Both the position numbers and the translations under genes were made by a program. A DNA stretch of 26,336 bases from Nitrospirota bacterium (lineage in GTDB: Bacteria; Nitrospirota; Thermodesulfovibrionia; Thermodesulfovibrionales; Dissulfurispiraceae), in contig CAWBMP010000001.1 of NCBI GenBank assembly GCA_963790025.1, forward strand, positions 1 to 26,336, read 5' to 3'. Under the pieces are notes generated by a model, which ran no database searches, was not told the DNA's origin, and saw only the letters and a program-made list of their open reading frames with translations. This document shows, piece by piece, positions 25,370 to 26,336 of this stretch (position 1 is its first letter; the number at the start of each line of letters is the position of its first letter).

Positions 25370-26203
25370 ATGGAAGCTTCGGTGCTGATTTTCGGCGGGA
25401 GCCGCGGCATAGGCAGGATTATCGCCGGACATTTTGCCGAAAAAAAATACCTTGTGAGCGCGGCCTCAAGGAGCATAAGCGGGCTTGAATATTTGCGTCG
25501 TGCGCTCCCGGAAAGAGGAGTGTCCGTCAATACGATTGTTGCGGATGTATGCGTCGAAGGGCAGGTGCGCGATGCGTTTGAATGGCACAAGAGTTTCTGC
25601 GGCAGGTCTCCAGATGTGGTAATAAATGCCGCTGCAATACAGGGTCCTATCGGCCCCCTGTGGACCATCCCGCCGGCGCAGTGGGAAGCTGCATTGAGAA
25701 CGGATTTGTTCGGGGCCTTTTTAGTGACTAAGGAAGCTATAAATGCTATGATACCGGGCGGCTCCGGAGTGATCATCCATTTTTCAGGCGGTGGTTCGGC
25801 TTACGCCCGTCCCAATTTCTCTGCCTATGGAGTGGCGAAGACAGGCGTGCTGCGTCTGGTCGAAACAGTTTCTGAAGAGCTGGTATCGGCCGGCTATGCC
25901 GGCATTTGTATCAACGCTGTTGCGCCCGGAGCGGTAAGGACCGGAATGACGCAGGAAATAATCGAGAGCGCTGGGAAAGCCGGGGAAAGAGAAAGACTGG
26001 ATGCCGAAAAGATCATGCAGACAGGGGGGACCCCTCCTGATGAAATTATTACGCTGATAGAGTTTCTCTGCACAACAGGGAAGGAAAAGAGGATATCTGG
26101 CAGGCTTATACACGTTCGTGAAAATTACAGGGAATTTGCAGCGAAATTTGAAAAGGATTTTCCCGGGGAAGCGGGGAAGTTGAGAAGGGTTCCGCTTATA
26201 TGA
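25370..26203 (+). CDS. Classical short-chain dehydrogenase/reductase
   Basis: Start moved to ATG 25370 (AAGGAG at 25356-25361). GGSRGIG, INAAAIQGPIGP, SGGG, YGVAK (YxxxK) and NAVAPG. Confidence 0.9.
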   Translation: MEASVLIFGGSRGIGRIIAGHFAEKKYLVSAASRSISGLEYLRRALPERGVSVNTIVADVCVEGQVRDAFEWHKSFCGRSPDVVINAAAIQGPIGPLWTIPPAQWEAALRTDLFGAFLVTKEAINAMIPGGSGVIIHFSGGGSAYARPNFSAYGVAKTGVLRLVETVSEELVSAGYAGICINAVAPGAVRTGMTQEIIESAGKAGERERLDAEKIMQTGGTPPDEIITLIEFLCTTGKEKRISGRLIHVRENYREFAAKFEKDFPGEAGKLRRVPLI

Positions 26204-26336
26204 AAATTGCGATTGTGGGCTGCGGGTTGATAGGGGAGAAAAGGGCGAGGGCCCTCGGTAGGCACCAGTTGATAATAACTGCAGACAATAATATCCAAAG
26301 GGCGCAGTGTGTCAGCGGCTTCGGAGATAACGCGGT
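26200..26336 (+). CDS. Gfo/Idh/MocA-like oxidoreductase, N-terminal fragment (runs off the window)
   Basis: ATGA overlap at 26200-26203. Translates as MKIAIVGCGLIGEKRARALGRHQLIITAD..., a Rossmann GxGxxG. Not in the ORF track. Confidence 0.75.
   Translation, partial: MKIAIVGCGLIGEKRARALGRHQLIITADNNIQRAQCVSGFGDNA

Overview
The window lies inside a bacterial cell-surface glycan locus (O-antigen/LPS-like or glycoconjugate). It holds 17 complete + strand CDSs, most of them coupled by ATGA/TTGA overlaps, plus a partial gene at the right edge and probably one at the left. Modules in order: (1) NDP-sugar tailoring enzymes (extended SDR, C-methyltransferase, Gfo/Idh/MocA oxidoreductase), interrupted by an AT-rich acylation cassette of one MBOAT ending in a DltX-type FIYFRF motif and two tandem SGNH/DltD-like paralogs with Cys where the catalytic Ser is expected; (2) two paralogous ~740-aa membrane proteins with a GGGDDG motif, probably unclassified GT-C glycosyltransferases; (3) a conventional AsnB amidotransferase, GT4, WbpV-like reductase, monotopic phosphoglycosyl transferase and WbpM/PglF dehydratase block; (4) an O-antigen-ligase-family gene with a near-perfect in-frame 168-bp triplication of its SR-motif segment; (5) a YfhO-like GT-C, a methyltransferase-like/GT2 fusion and further sugar oxidoreductases. 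A 115-bp inverted-repeat element sits at the left edge of the AT-rich cassette. I saw no RNA genes, CRISPR arrays, transposases or Wzx/Wzm/Wzt/Wzz genes. All family calls come from motifs recognised by eye, with no database searches.
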